Part shown: positions 8,707 to 17,680 of the stretch, piece after piece | Numbering within the stretch: the first letter of the stretch is position 1 | How the letters are laid out: every line of letters begins with the position of its first letter | From: a virus | Taxonomy: Duplodnaviria > Heunggongvirae > Uroviricota > Caudoviricetes | Reading direction: 5' to 3' (one strand) | Virus record (IMG/VR): IMGVR_UViG_3300028563_000009 | Length of the DNA stretch: 64,000 nt | Translations under genes and position numbers: made by a program | Notes under the pieces: model-generated | What the model saw: only the letters and a program-made list of their open reading frames with translations | Told to the model about the DNA's origin: nothing | The model's database searches: none

Positions 8707-9087
8707 ATGAAGGAGAAGATGAATGAAGCAATCGCATGGTTCCAAGGGTATGTCCAAGCCAAGGCGGAGAGTTTCGCTCACGGTGTCGGTGTCTCTCCAG
8801 ACCTACTTACCGAAGGCTTGGGTAGGGTTGTTCAGTCCAGCAGGCAGCGGGTTAGCAATCGAGTGCCCGACATGCCAGAAACGCCCACCAAGATCAATCG
8901 AAAGCTCTTATCGAAGGCTACGGTGGATAGCCGCGCATCAAGCGGTGGTCCACGGTCAGTAAAGAGCATTCGTACCAGAAGCAAGCAGAGAGCTTTCTGG
9001 CAGAAGAAATTTCCAACTAAGGCGGCACGTTCGGCAGAAATGTCCCGACGCCGTGCCGTTGCTCAAGCCAAGAAGGAGGGGAAGTAA
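8707..9087 (+). CDS. hypothetical protein with basic C-terminus (126 aa)
   Basis: AGGAGG RBS. Confidence 0.55.
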   Translation: MKEKMNEAIAWFQGYVQAKAESFAHGVGVSPDLLTEGLGRVVQSSRQRVSNRVPDMPETPTKINRKLLSKATVDSRASSGGPRSVKSIRTRSKQRAFWQKKFPTKAARSAEMSRRRAVAQAKKEGK

Positions 9088-9120
9088 TGACAAACCCTGA
9101 TTTCCGGAACCGGAGGAACA

Positions 9121-9285
9121 ATGCTCGAACGGGTTTACCATGTGTTAATGGCTATGGGTGTAATAGCCGCACTCGATAACTTCAGCCACAACGCCTATCT
9201 TGATAGGACTGGTAGAGCAATCTTCCATCTTTTCGTGCTAGGCATGTTTGTATGGCTGACGTTGGAATGGGTGGTGAAGGGATGA
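9121..9285 (+). CDS. small membrane protein (54 aa)
   Basis: GGAGGA RBS; two hydrophobic helices. Confidence 0.4.
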   Translation: MLERVYHVLMAMGVIAALDNFSHNAYLDRTGRAIFHLFVLGMFVWLTLEWVVKG

Positions 9286-9515
9286 TGAAGAATATCCTCA
9301 TCATCGTCGTGGGGTTAGTGTTGGGAGCGGGGTTGGAGGAATTTTTCTTCTCTGCTAAATTCCATACTCAGGACCCACAAGCAGCGGCGGGGGAGTGGAC
9401 AATCGCCGTACAACTTCCACCATGCGATAACGGGTATGTTAGTTTCCATCTGCCTGAACGGAATGGGGACGTAGCTATCATTTATTGCGAACAATTCGCG
9501 GTAAAGGAGAAATAA
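9282..9515 (+). CDS. membrane-anchored protein (77 aa)
   Basis: ATGA overlap; N-terminal ILIIVVGLVLGAGL. Confidence 0.45.
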   Translation: MMKNILIIVVGLVLGAGLEEFFFSAKFHTQDPQAAAGEWTIAVQLPPCDNGYVSFHLPERNGDVAIIYCEQFAVKEK

Positions 9516-9742
9516 TGACGCAACGACTTAAGAAGCGTGCTTACGTGGGGTTGCGAGACTCCCAGAGGGAGAAGTTTACCTCCCACCACATGCCAACCAA
9601 GCAGACCCATCCGCAGTACGACGCTGTGGTAGGTCCATTCAGAACAGGGAGAGGAGCGGAGTATTTTGTCAACAACCCTCTTATCTCTAGCCGAGGGGAA
9701 GCCGAGAGGGAGGCTCTAAAACTAGGTGAGCAACGTAGTTAG
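9515..9742 (+). CDS. hypothetical protein (75 aa)
   Basis: AAGGAG RBS. Confidence 0.45.
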   Translation: MTQRLKKRAYVGLRDSQREKFTSHHMPTKQTHPQYDAVVGPFRTGRGAEYFVNNPLISSRGEAEREALKLGEQRS

Positions 9743-9825
9743 TTGGCTACAGGCTGGGGCGGTTGATGTAACCGTCCTACTCCTGTTTGGTGGAGTTTGC
9801 GTACTAATCAACTGTCGGAGGAGAA

Positions 9826-9957
9826 GATGATGTGTCTCAAGTGCAAAGGAAAGGGATGGGTGTACCGGACAATCCGCAGACACGGTAAGAAGATACAAGT
9901 TACTGCTGTCTGCAAAGGCCCCAACTGTCGTCAAGGAGTACTCATTACTGACTCGTA
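9826..9957 (+). CDS. small Cys-rich protein (43 aa; CxxC..CxxxxC)
   Basis: GGAGGAG RBS. Confidence 0.35.
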
Positions 9958-9974
9958 GTACGAAAAAAATTTTC

Positions 9975-10003
9975 TTGACTGTGGAAAACTTTTCGTGTAT
10001 CGT
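9975..10003 (+). promoter_or_regulatory. sigma70-like promoter TTGACT-17-TATCGT
   Basis: Spacer contains GTGGAAAAC motif; upstream aaaaattttc tract. Confidence 0.6.
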
Positions 10004-10020
10004 CGAATGAATGGAGGTTC

Positions 10021-10230
10021 GTGCTAATACCTGAGAGTGTTAAGTGTGATGTTTGCGAAATCTACCACGGAGAATCTAACGGATGGTTTACCGTCGTAAT
10101 AGGAGGAGGAGTCCTTACCATCCTCGCCTACTCTGACGAATACAAAAACCGTCCCGCAGTTTGTGGAGAAAACTGTTTGCATCGTTTTCTCTCTCCCCAC
10201 CTTAACCAACTACATCGAAAAGGAGAATAG
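10021..10230 (+). CDS. Cys-rich small protein (CDVC..CGENC), GTG start
   Basis: GGAGG RBS. Confidence 0.45.
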   Translation: MLIPESVKCDVCEIYHGESNGWFTVVIGGGVLTILAYSDEYKNRPAVCGENCLHRFLSPHLNQLHRKGE

Positions 10231-10231
10231 G

Positions 10232-11752
10232 ATGACGACAGCAGTTGAGCATTTGAAGTCCTATGGGTTGAAATCTCTCCCCGGTTTTGCTTCTTCGGCA
10301 GAGAACATTCTGTCTGGTTGGATAACAGGAAAGGATTTTTCCCCAAGAGCAGTAATTGGATTGTCCAGAGCGGGGCTGATGGGGTATATCATCACCAAGT
10401 ATGTTCTGGGCCGACACGATTACGGGATGGAGCCTAACGAGCTACAGTACGTCTGTAATTTTCTGTTAAGGAATTATCGAGTAAGGGATACCCCTGAATT
10501 TGAGAACTACACAGGCGACGAGGCACAGAACAAGCGCATTGATATGGCTTTGTCGCTGGTCGGGGGAATTCATCCAAATGGCACCGAATTCGGGCAAGGG
10601 GCGTGTAACAATTTCTTCTCGGGCCATGTAGATTTTAGCATTCCCAACGTCCTCCGGAAGACGAAAATTGCGATAATCGGGCATGGGGCTGCTGGCATCA
10701 TACTCCAGAGAGCCTTAACCTTTCATGGTTTTAGCCCCATGATATTCGAGAAAGCACACTCGTTGGGGTTGTGGCAACAAGAGAACGTCTACAAGCGTTC
10801 TAGAAACAACCCTAAGGTGCTTAGCGTGTTAGGCAACACTCTCGACAAGGCTCCGGGGCCGGGGAATCACGTTAAGAATCTCTTGGAGAACCTAGCTCCC
10901 GGCATAAGTAAGTACAACGTCAAAGGTGTTAAAAAGTCTGGCGACGGGTATTTGGTGCATTACGACAACGAGTCTGTTTATGAGGCTAGCATCGTGATTA
11001 ACTGTTCTGGGATTGGCACACCCAAATCCCCTCACGACCCGTTAAAAATGATTACCAATGCTACTGCGACTTCGTGCGGGGAGCGTTGGCAGCGGGAGCT
11101 TAAAGCCGGAGAGGAGCATCGACAGATGTTTATATTCATCGGGCTAGGCAACTCCACAGCAGAAATGCTTCGTCAAATCCACGTCCTACAGGACAAAGGA
11201 TCGGATTGCGATTACCGAATCCTTACTCATTACCCCGAGGAGAGCGTCCGGAACCCGAATGACACGATAACGACAAAACATGGCAAGTATCGTGTTTTCA
11301 GGGATTTAAGCCTCCCAAACCTCACCTCTTTCCAAGGTGATTTACCGGACTCTCGCTCTGACTACTATAGAGCTTTGAGAAACGGTAAGATTATCTCAGA
11401 TGTAGTTCACTGGGATAAAAGTAGTACCGGTTGCGTCTTATACCAGACCCGCCCCCGTCGTATCTCCAAGTATATCAAGGCAGACAAGCTTTTCTGCCTG
11501 ATTGGATACAGGAATTCGACTGTCAGTGCTCTCGGGGTCTCAAGTAGCTACTACGGCCCCGTCCTTGATTACGATGGGGAAGTTATCGACAGCGAAGGGG
11601 AGAGGTTGAAGGGTTACTACTGTTTTGGGGCCTGCGCTGCTTCTCGGGGGGATAAGAATGCGATTGTCCTGCCCGGTATGTTGTTCAGGCTGCATGACTT
11701 GGTTCCCTCCATCATCATGAGAGCAGCGGAGACTGTGCTGGATAGTTTATGA
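10232..11752 (+). CDS. FAD/NAD(P)-binding oxidoreductase (two dinucleotide-binding motifs), 506 aa
   Basis: KIAIIGHGAAGIIL (GxGxxG) and FIFIGLGNSTAEML; AAGGAG RBS. Confidence 0.55.
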   Translation: MTTAVEHLKSYGLKSLPGFASSAENILSGWITGKDFSPRAVIGLSRAGLMGYIITKYVLGRHDYGMEPNELQYVCNFLLRNYRVRDTPEFENYTGDEAQNKRIDMALSLVGGIHPNGTEFGQGACNNFFSGHVDFSIPNVLRKTKIAIIGHGAAGIILQRALTFHGFSPMIFEKAHSLGLWQQENVYKRSRNNPKVLSVLGNTLDKAPGPGNHVKNLLENLAPGISKYNVKGVKKSGDGYLVHYDNESVYEASIVINCSGIGTPKSPHDPLKMITNATATSCGERWQRELKAGEEHRQMFIFIGLGNSTAEMLRQIHVLQDKGSDCDYRILTHYPEESVRNPNDTITTKHGKYRVFRDLSLPNLTSFQGDLPDSRSDYYRALRNGKIISDVVHWDKSSTGCVLYQTRPRRISKYIKADKLFCLIGYRNSTVSALGVSSSYYGPVLDYDGEVIDSEGERLKGYYCFGACAASRGDKNAIVLPGMLFRLHDLVPSIIMRAAETVLDSL

Positions 11753-12163
11753 CAATCCGAGACGTTCTCTCGTTGTTTCGATACCATTTGTCCGACCTGC
11801 CGGAGAACTACGAACCGGCAGATTGCGACGATAGTTGGGATACTGGTGCTTTTATAGTAACTGTATCCTTGGTCATTATCCTCGGTTTACTCAGCAGGAG
11901 GTAACTTGAAAAGCGTGGTTGTGTGGGTAGTGGGAACTGTCTTCACGGCAATCCTCTTGCCGTTCGCGGTAGTGCAGATTGTGGGTACGTTTGTATCTAC
12001 TGGGCTTAACTGTGCGATGGAAGCGTTATGGGACTGGGAGGGGAAGTGAAGGAGAGGAAGAAAACCTACGATGTGGGGCAGAGCCTCCTTCAAACGCTGT
12101 TAGGGCCGGATCATGTGTCCGCTCTGATAGCCCAAACCAAGGCTGACCTTGAAAGGATGAAAC

Positions 12164-12550
12164 ATGAAAACAGAAGTGGGCAAGAAGTGGGTGGAGGCAC
12201 TACGAGGCGGGGAGTATTTACAGGGGATGAGAGCCTTGCGAATTGGAATGGGAACTCCCGAAAACCCTTTTAGGTACTGCTGTCTCGGGGTTCTGTGCGA
12301 GTTGGCTGTGAAGGCCGGGGCCATTGCTCCTGCTACGTTTGATTCGGCTAGTAGTCAGGCCCGGTACGAAAACAATCCTAGCTACCTCCCCGACCAAGTA
12401 ATGCAGTGGGCTGGGCTAGATGACTCTAACCCCCTTGTCGGAGAGCGTTCCCTCAGTTATGCGAACGATAAAGACAAGGTGTCTTTCGATGGCATCGCGG
12501 ATTTGATCGAGCAGCATCTAATACCGAAGGAGGAGAGTGTTGCCAAATGA
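12164..12550 (+). CDS. paralog family 1 member, 128 aa
   Basis: WVEALRGGEYLQG..YCCLGVLCELAVKAGAI. Confidence 0.6.
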   Translation: MKTEVGKKWVEALRGGEYLQGMRALRIGMGTPENPFRYCCLGVLCELAVKAGAIAPATFDSASSQARYENNPSYLPDQVMQWAGLDDSNPLVGERSLSYANDKDKVSFDGIADLIEQHLIPKEESVAK

Positions 12551-13002
12551 CCTTTGGACACGCACAAACGACAGAAACAGGAAAGGCTGGTTACTTGCCC
12601 ACGGGTTTAGGGAGACGTGGGCAGAGAGGACATATTACGACCTTCCCCAGTACATCAGAGATCACTGGGAACACGAAAGTATCTCTTACTAACCCGGAGG
12701 CTGTGGTGGGTCAGATCGTATCAGCGAAGAAGAATGAGAAAGGAAACTACGTTCTGGAAGTTAAGCCCCTACCCGAGCACTCTGTGAGCGAGACAGGAGC
12801 TAATATCCATGTGGCGGGTACGGTTGGCTGGGCTGAGATTCTGCCCGGTCTTACCATCGAAGACCCGGATGGCAACCTACAGCAGTTAAGAGGGACGGTT
12901 GATATCAGGTATATCAACCCGTTTAGCTCAAAGAAGAAGAGGGGTAAGACAGGCAAGCCCTTGACTTCAGAAGATTTACGCAAAGCCGCAGACAAACTCT
13001 AG
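12547..13002 (+). CDS. paralog family 2 member (GQIVSAKKNEKGNYVLEVKP..VAGTVGWAEILPGL), alt GTG start 12706
   Basis: ATGA coupling at 12547; GGAGG before GTG 12706; Lys-rich C-terminus. Confidence 0.5.
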   Translation: MTFGHAQTTETGKAGYLPTGLGRRGQRGHITTFPSTSEITGNTKVSLTNPEAVVGQIVSAKKNEKGNYVLEVKPLPEHSVSETGANIHVAGTVGWAEILPGLTIEDPDGNLQQLRGTVDIRYINPFSSKKKRGKTGKPLTSEDLRKAADKL

Positions 13003-13065
13003 TAGTTTCCCCGTAGCCGCCGTACCGGGGGGAGTCCAACCACGGCGGAAACTTAAGGAGAAGAC

Positions 13066-13527
13066 ATGCCAACAGCGGTACAGAATTTGCAAAAGCTCTT
13101 TCCGCAGGTTACTAACGTGGTCAACGCCAAGAGGGGTCTTCGAGTAGAAGTGACTAAACAGGACGCCTCTTCCGCGAAAGTCAAAAACCACAAAGCGTGT
13201 GCAATGGCTGTAGCTTGCAAGAGGAAGTTCAATCCAGATGGGGTTTTGTTCGGCGTCAGCACTGCCTACATGGTTAGGGGAAACACGGCAACCAGATACT
13301 CCGTTCCCCAATCCGTATCAAGAGAAGTGGTTTCGTTTGATCGAGGGGGAGCTAAATCTTTTGAACCGGGAGAGTACAGGCTCCTCCCCAACAAGACTCC
13401 GCTGGGGGTAAAGCACAGTCCTCCTCCTAAGAAGTCCCCGAACAGTAACAACGGAAATATGTGGAAGAGAGCATACCACCAAACAACGGGAATCAGGGCG
13501 CACCTCGGAAGCAATCAAGTAGTATAA
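13066..13527 (+). CDS. hypothetical protein (153 aa)
   Basis: AAGGAGAAG RBS. Confidence 0.5.
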   Translation: MPTAVQNLQKLFPQVTNVVNAKRGLRVEVTKQDASSAKVKNHKACAMAVACKRKFNPDGVLFGVSTAYMVRGNTATRYSVPQSVSREVVSFDRGGAKSFEPGEYRLLPNKTPLGVKHSPPPKKSPNSNNGNMWKRAYHQTTGIRAHLGSNQVV

Positions 13528-13541
13528 GGAGGAGGGATTTT

Positions 13542-13658
13542 ATGTACGTTCCCATCGTGCTTTTGGGGTTTTTAGTTGTCCTGTCCCTTGTCGGCGTTAG
13601 TGCGATACAAGACGCTATCGTGTCGGCGTACCGCACATATCGCCTTACCAAAAAGTAA
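13542..13658 (+). CDS. small membrane peptide (38 aa)
   Basis: AGGAGGAGGG RBS. Confidence 0.4.
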   Translation: MYVPIVLLGFLVVLSLVGVSAIQDAIVSAYRTYRLTKK

Positions 13659-13683
13659 TCTACCAGACAGCGGGTAAAAGAGT

Positions 13684-13714
13684 CCCTCAGCCTTCGGGCT
13701 GGGGGATTTTTTTG
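13684..13714 (+). terminator. rho-independent terminator
   Basis: CCCTCAGCC-ttcg-GGCTGGGGG + T7. Confidence 0.85.
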
Positions 13715-13723
13715 TCTTTAAAA

Positions 13724-13800
13724 GGTAAATCGCTTTACTAGTTTTCCGGCTTGCTGGGGTCCACGCCGCGTGCGGTGTCGAGTAGGTAAATCGATTTATC
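13724..13800. promoter_or_regulatory. two copies of GGTAAATCG(C/A)TTTA palindrome between convergent terminators
   Basis: 13724-13738 and 13785-13800. Confidence 0.4.
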
Positions 13801-13851
13801 TCGCCGGGAAATGGCATCTGGCGAGGGGTCGCGGAGCGGAATAAAAGGACC

Positions 13852-13877
13852 AAAAAAAACCCCAGCCGAAGCTGGGG
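13852..13877 (-). terminator. rho-independent terminator for minus-strand genes
   Basis: CCCCAGC-cgaa-GCTGGGG preceded by A8 on + strand. Confidence 0.7.
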
Positions 13878-13895
13878 CAAGGGTTTAAAAGGAAG

Positions 13896-14171
13896 TTACT
13901 TAAAGGGCACAGAAGGAATTGAGTTGTCTCTACGAGCCGGGACTACAAACAACCCGCTATGGTAGTTAGACGGGTACCGAATAGAGACGTTTGCCATTAG
14001 AGGCACATCGTTTCCATCGGGGTCTTTGTCATACAAGCCCGGTAAAGGCTCGTACCAGCTTGTTCCCGCGACCTGAACAGTCTTGACGCGAGAATTCCTA
14101 ATCATACTAGGCTTGACTTCTAGAACGAAGTTGCCTTGTTCGTTTCGTGCGAAGGCTACTATCTGTCCCAT
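13896..14171 (-). CDS. paralog family 2 member (91 aa)
   Basis: MGQIVAFARNEQGNFVLEVKP..VAGTSWYEPLPGL; AAGGAG RBS (rc). Confidence 0.55.
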   Translation of the reverse strand: MGQIVAFARNEQGNFVLEVKPSMIRNSRVKTVQVAGTSWYEPLPGLYDKDPDGNDVPLMANVSIRYPSNYHSGLFVVPARRDNSIPSVPFK

Positions 14172-14189
14172 ACATCTCCTTTCGCACCG

Positions 14190-14504
14190 TTAAGCGGTTT
14201 TGCCCATTGAGGTTTGGGCCTTCTTCTTCAGGAGTTCAGCGGTAACTGGCTGACTCTTCTTGGTCGGCGAGGAGCTTCCCGTCTTGTACGGGTTGCGGTA
14301 GCGAACCTGAATTGCAGCCGTGAGAGGAACGGAACGACCTTCGGGGTCTTGTCCAGTAAGGTTAACCAAAGGCTCAGCCCACCCATTTGTCCCGGCAACC
14401 TGAACGGTGTCTCCGGACTTGCTGGCACGCTGGCTATCCAATGGTTTGAACTCGATAACGAAGTTTCCATTTTCCTTTACGGTTGCTGATACGATCTGCG
14501 CCAT
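14190..14504 (-). CDS. paralog family 2 member (104 aa; ORF extends to 14633 but ATG 14504 has AAGGAG RBS and matches paralog N-termini)
   Basis: MAQIVSATVKENGNFVIEFKP..VAGTNGWAEPLVNL. Confidence 0.5.
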   Translation of the reverse strand: MAQIVSATVKENGNFVIEFKPLDSQRASKSGDTVQVAGTNGWAEPLVNLTGQDPEGRSVPLTAAIQVRYRNPYKTGSSSPTKKSQPVTAELLKKKAQTSMGKTA

Positions 14505-14954
14505 TTTATTGCTCCTTTGTTGCGGGTTTTGGGCTATAGTCGAATGGTAGCCTACCACTAGCCCGGAAAGTTTTTCCGAACTGTTCTCCACTTTATATTT
14601 TTCGATTTTCGCCGTCCGGTCAATTGTGCTCACTTTGAAGAAAATGTGCGTAAATCGTTTGTTTTCAACAGTTTACGGCGCGACGCTCGACACTCGACGC
14701 TCGACATTCGAAAAAAGAGGCTGGAGACTCGGGTGTATAGGCTCTAGGTACGTCACTGGTCGTATGTCTGTTGCTCTCGGCGGCAGAGTCGCGCAAAGAG
14801 CCATGCCGTTTAGGTGCTCCCCCCGTACTGAGCGGGAGACACAATTTTTTTCGGCGGCGGCAAAAAATTTTTCGCACTATATATGGGCGACCGTGTGGAA
14901 AACTTTTCTTCGAGCTTTTGCAAATTGTTGAAAATAAAGATTTTAAAAATTTTC

Positions 14955-14986
14955 TTGACAATTTTTTTCCGGCGCTATAAATTTTT
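14955..14986 (+). promoter_or_regulatory. sigma70-like promoter TTGACA..TATAAAT in AT-rich divergent region
   Basis: GTGGAAAAC motif 60 bp upstream. Confidence 0.5.
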
Positions 14987-15036
14987 GTCATCGGCGCAAC
15001 GGCGACGTTGGGCGGAAATCCGAAACTGGAGGGGGT

Positions 15037-15318
15037 ATGGACCCCGTTCAAGAAATCCATCTGAATCTCCAAGACCTCGATTGGTCCTCAGTCGTTGGTC
15101 TGGAGTTGCGCGGCTCTCGTGATGTTTATAAGGGTGCCGAGTATTCTCATTCTATTGAGGATAACTTCAACCCTCAATACGTGTCCGTTTTCATCAAGCA
15201 GAAAAACCAAAATGTTAGCTGGATTGGGGATGAGCCTAATCTTGCGTCGGCTAAAACCTTCGCAAATTCATTGGGCGGTATTCATCACATCCCAGTTAAG
15301 GATTATGTGAGGGAGTAA
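15037..15318 (+). CDS. hypothetical protein (93 aa)
   Basis: GGAGGGGG RBS. Confidence 0.55.
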   Translation: MDPVQEIHLNLQDLDWSSVVGLELRGSRDVYKGAEYSHSIEDNFNPQYVSVFIKQKNQNVSWIGDEPNLASAKTFANSLGGIHHIPVKDYVRE

Positions 15319-15599
15319 TGTTCGCTGGAGTCGGTTTCGCAGATAAGTTCACGAATGACAACTTCAATATTCGCAGGAGCATGGGCAATTGGTATGATCC
15401 TGAGAGTTTGATATCGGGCAAAGAGATTGCGCGTGGGATGACTTATAAGAATTCCAAACGCAACTGGGTTGCGGAGTTCCATTACCTCGAAGCCGTTGAG
15501 GGAAGAATGTCCGTAGAGGATATCTTGGCCACGGCTCCTAGAGAGTTTACCCCCATGACTCCGTGGGATTTTGTGGAAGAGGAGGACGAAGGACTGTGA
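15318..15599 (+). CDS. hypothetical protein (93 aa)
   Basis: TAATG coupling. Confidence 0.55.
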   Translation: MFAGVGFADKFTNDNFNIRRSMGNWYDPESLISGKEIARGMTYKNSKRNWVAEFHYLEAVEGRMSVEDILATAPREFTPMTPWDFVEEEDEGL

Positions 15600-15727
15600 A
15601 GAAATTCGTTTTGGAAAGCTGGACGCGCAGTGTAGTAGTCGAGGCGAAAGACATTTTCGAAGCAGTTAGAAAAGCGGAAGGGGTTATCCACTTCCGGAAA
15701 GGTTACGAGGTCAAAGAGAAAGCATGA
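15596..15727 (+). CDS. small hypothetical protein (43 aa, GTG)
   Basis: Fills gap with start/stop overlaps on both sides. Confidence 0.35.
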   Translation: MKKFVLESWTRSVVVEAKDIFEAVRKAEGVIHFRKGYEVKEKA

Positions 15728-15933
15728 TTACCGAAACGAAGAGGTACGACGTACACGTTCAAGGGCAGATTCACGGACTGGTGGATGATGAATACATCCA
15801 CACATACACCGTGGACCACAAACCCGCCAGCATGGACGAAGTGGCGAAGATCGCGGGAGACTTTCAAAGTCTCAAGAAGGTTCGGGTGGAAGAGATCGTC
15901 ATCCGGACAGAAAAGAGATTGATTAAGCTGTGA
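15724..15933 (+). CDS. hypothetical protein (69 aa)
   Basis: ATGA coupling. Confidence 0.5.
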   Translation: MITETKRYDVHVQGQIHGLVDDEYIHTYTVDHKPASMDEVAKIAGDFQSLKKVRVEEIVIRTEKRLIKL

Positions 15934-16292
15934 GACGCCAACGAGGAACGATTTACTTTACCGATTCGCAGGTGGTTTTGGTAAAGCCGAAGGATGGAGT
16001 TAGGTTCCAACTGGACGAGCTTCAGAAGGCGGTTCAAGGGTACATCGAGCAAGTCCCCGCGTTGGATAGGTCAACAACTGTTTGGGCAAACGAAGAAAGC
16101 TGGTTACAAGAGCCTGTTCCTCCCCCAAACCCTCACGCTCAATCTGTTGTGGCGGTAGACAAGGTACTTACCGTAGACGGCACTATCAGAGGGAATATGA
16201 TCGGTATCTACACGATTAAGCCCGATGAAGACGCCAACGAGGTAGACAAAGGCCGAGTAACCGTGGAGGAAGCGTATGCTGTACGAGGCTAG
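15930..16292 (+). CDS. hypothetical protein (120 aa, GTG)
   Basis: Coupled start. Confidence 0.5.
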   Translation: MRRQRGTIYFTDSQVVLVKPKDGVRFQLDELQKAVQGYIEQVPALDRSTTVWANEESWLQEPVPPPNPHAQSVVAVDKVLTVDGTIRGNMIGIYTIKPDEDANEVDKGRVTVEEAYAVRG

Positions 16293-16458
16293 GTTCAGCA
16301 AAGAGGACGAAATCATAGTATTTGAACGAGTTACCTCTGAGGAAGTGAATATTATCTTCAGAGAGAACGTAACAGAACATACGCGATTTACCAGCGTGAG
16401 AAGGATACATGACGTTACTGGAAGCAAAAAGCTTAGCGGAGAGCGTACTGGGGTATGA
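16276..16458 (+). CDS. hypothetical protein (60 aa)
   Basis: GGAGGAAG RBS. Confidence 0.4.
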   Translation: MLYEARFSKEDEIIVFERVTSEEVNIIFRENVTEHTRFTSVRRIHDVTGSKKLSGERTGV

Positions 16459-16807
16459 GGTACTGACTCCAGAAACTTTAGTTACCAGAATCTACAACGC
16501 AGTGTGTATGAGGGAGGACAATACTTTCAGAGTTTATGGCGATGGTGTATTGTTGGGCGAAAGTTCAGAAGGTCCCAGCAAGGCTTGGGAAGAGGCTTCA
16601 TTAAATCTTCCCGACGATTTTTACAAACCCTTCAGGGTGGAAACCACTCTCACTGAAATCTTTTACAGAAAGGAGAGCGATGAAGAAGATCATCCCCCCG
16701 GTTCCTGTGATCGTACATCGTCTGAGCGTCCGTCGCTTAGAGGTTGCAGTAACAGTAGCAGGAGTATCCCTTATACTCGGGACGGTACTCCACAGCGAAG
16801 CATTTAA
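16409..16807 (+). CDS. hypothetical protein (132 aa); 3' end overlaps next gene by 128 nt
   Basis: ORF; overlap region contains C6 run. Confidence 0.4.
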   Translation: MTLLEAKSLAESVLGYEVLTPETLVTRIYNAVCMREDNTFRVYGDGVLLGESSEGPSKAWEEASLNLPDDFYKPFRVETTLTEIFYRKESDEEDHPPGSCDRTSSERPSLRGCSNSSRSIPYTRDGTPQRSI

Positions 16808-16871
16808 GCACTGCTTCGAAATCACCATCGTTCCTTGTTTGGAAGCAATTGTTTCCCGTAGGATCGAATAA
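16680..16871 (+). CDS. small membrane protein (63 aa)
   Basis: AAAGGAG RBS 6 nt upstream; hydrophobic VAVTVAGVSLILGTVL. Confidence 0.4.
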   Translation: MKKIIPPVPVIVHRLSVRRLEVAVTVAGVSLILGTVLHSEAFKHCFEITIVPCLEAIVSRRIE

Positions 16872-16953
16872 CCTGCCGGGGGAAACCCCGGTTGGACTCA
16901 CAGAGAGCCTTCACGCGGCGAGTCTGAGCACCTACCAATCTCTAGGAGAGAAC

Positions 16954-17199
16954 ATGAAAATCGAAATATCGAAGAACGAAAGTGTAGCCATAAAGGGGGA
17001 TCAAATACCCCGTGGCCGCATCGCAAAAGTTGTTGGCTCGGATTTGTATATCTTTCGAACCCGATCCTCAACGTCAACAGGCGAAGTAATTAGGGTATGG
17101 GTGGCGGGTAATGATTTTGAATCCATACGCCTAGACGCAATTTCAACTTGGGAAGTTGAACTTCTTCCAGAGGGAACAACAGTAACTTTCACCTTTTAG
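16954..17199 (+). CDS. hypothetical protein (81 aa)
   Basis: TAGGAGAGAACATG start context. Confidence 0.5.
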   Translation: MKIEISKNESVAIKGDQIPRGRIAKVVGSDLYIFRTRSSTSTGEVIRVWVAGNDFESIRLDAISTWEVELLPEGTTVTFTF

Positions 17200-17207
17200 G
17201 AGAGAAC

Positions 17208-17444
17208 ATGAGACTCGAATTCGTAGAACCTAATGAGAACTGCGAAATCAAGATGGGCACATTCCAATTTACGGAGAACGGTGCCCATGTTGAGTGTGAT
17301 TTCTTCGTAAAAACCTGTGTGGGGGACGTTACCAAACAGGCCGACGACTACAATGAGCAGCTAGCCGATCAATGGGATGCTTTGAGCGACAAAGGAATCA
17401 AGGATATCTCATACACGGAAGTTGTTCCTAACCCAATTTTCTGA
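17208..17444 (+). CDS. hypothetical protein (78 aa)
   Basis: Identical TAGGAGAGAACATG start context. Confidence 0.5.
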   Translation: MRLEFVEPNENCEIKMGTFQFTENGAHVECDFFVKTCVGDVTKQADDYNEQLADQWDALSDKGIKDISYTEVVPNPIF

Positions 17445-17452
17445 GGAGAAGC

Positions 17453-17680
17453 ATGGTAATAAGCAAAGCAATTCTGGTCAATAAGGACTTGGGAGATATC
17501 GGAACCATCGCTTCCCATGTTCCTATCGGGTTTGTTTACGAAGTTCAACCAGAAAGCATTCGGGATGCTGAAGTGGAAGTGGATGGGAAGATCACCACAT
17601 TTCAATTGATTTTAACCAAACAAGATGACGGAAGCTGGGGATGGTTCCCTCTCTCCGCGCTCAGACTGGAGGACAACTAA
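17453..17680 (+). CDS. tandem paralog family 3, copy 1 (75 aa)
   Basis: MxxxKAxLxxKxLGDxGxIxxxxPxGxVYxVxP....GKIT....DGSWGWFPL. Confidence 0.55.
   Translation: MVISKAILVNKDLGDIGTIASHVPIGFVYEVQPESIRDAEVEVDGKITTFQLILTKQDDGSWGWFPLSALRLEDN

Noticed and set aside
11749-12049. Two ~50 aa hydrophobic ORFs versus minus ORF 11887-12093
   Set aside because: Plausible small membrane proteins (one has an AGGAGG RBS). Too short to support confidently.
12028-12273. ORF 81 aa overlapping family-1 paralog by 110 nt
   Set aside because: Uncertain. It has a long overlap with a gene whose start is fixed by paralog alignment. Left unannotated.
14505-14633. N-terminal extension of minus gene 14190-14633
   Set aside because: The internal ATG at 14504 has an AAGGAG RBS and aligns with the N-termini of both paralogs. 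The GTG-initiated extension lacks an RBS.
14626-15122. ORFs 14626-14931(+), 14665-15072(-), 14771-14980(+), 14883-15122(+)
   Set aside because: They lie in an AT-rich divergent promoter region with palindromes and a TTGACA/TATAAA promoter. There is no RBS and no coding signature.
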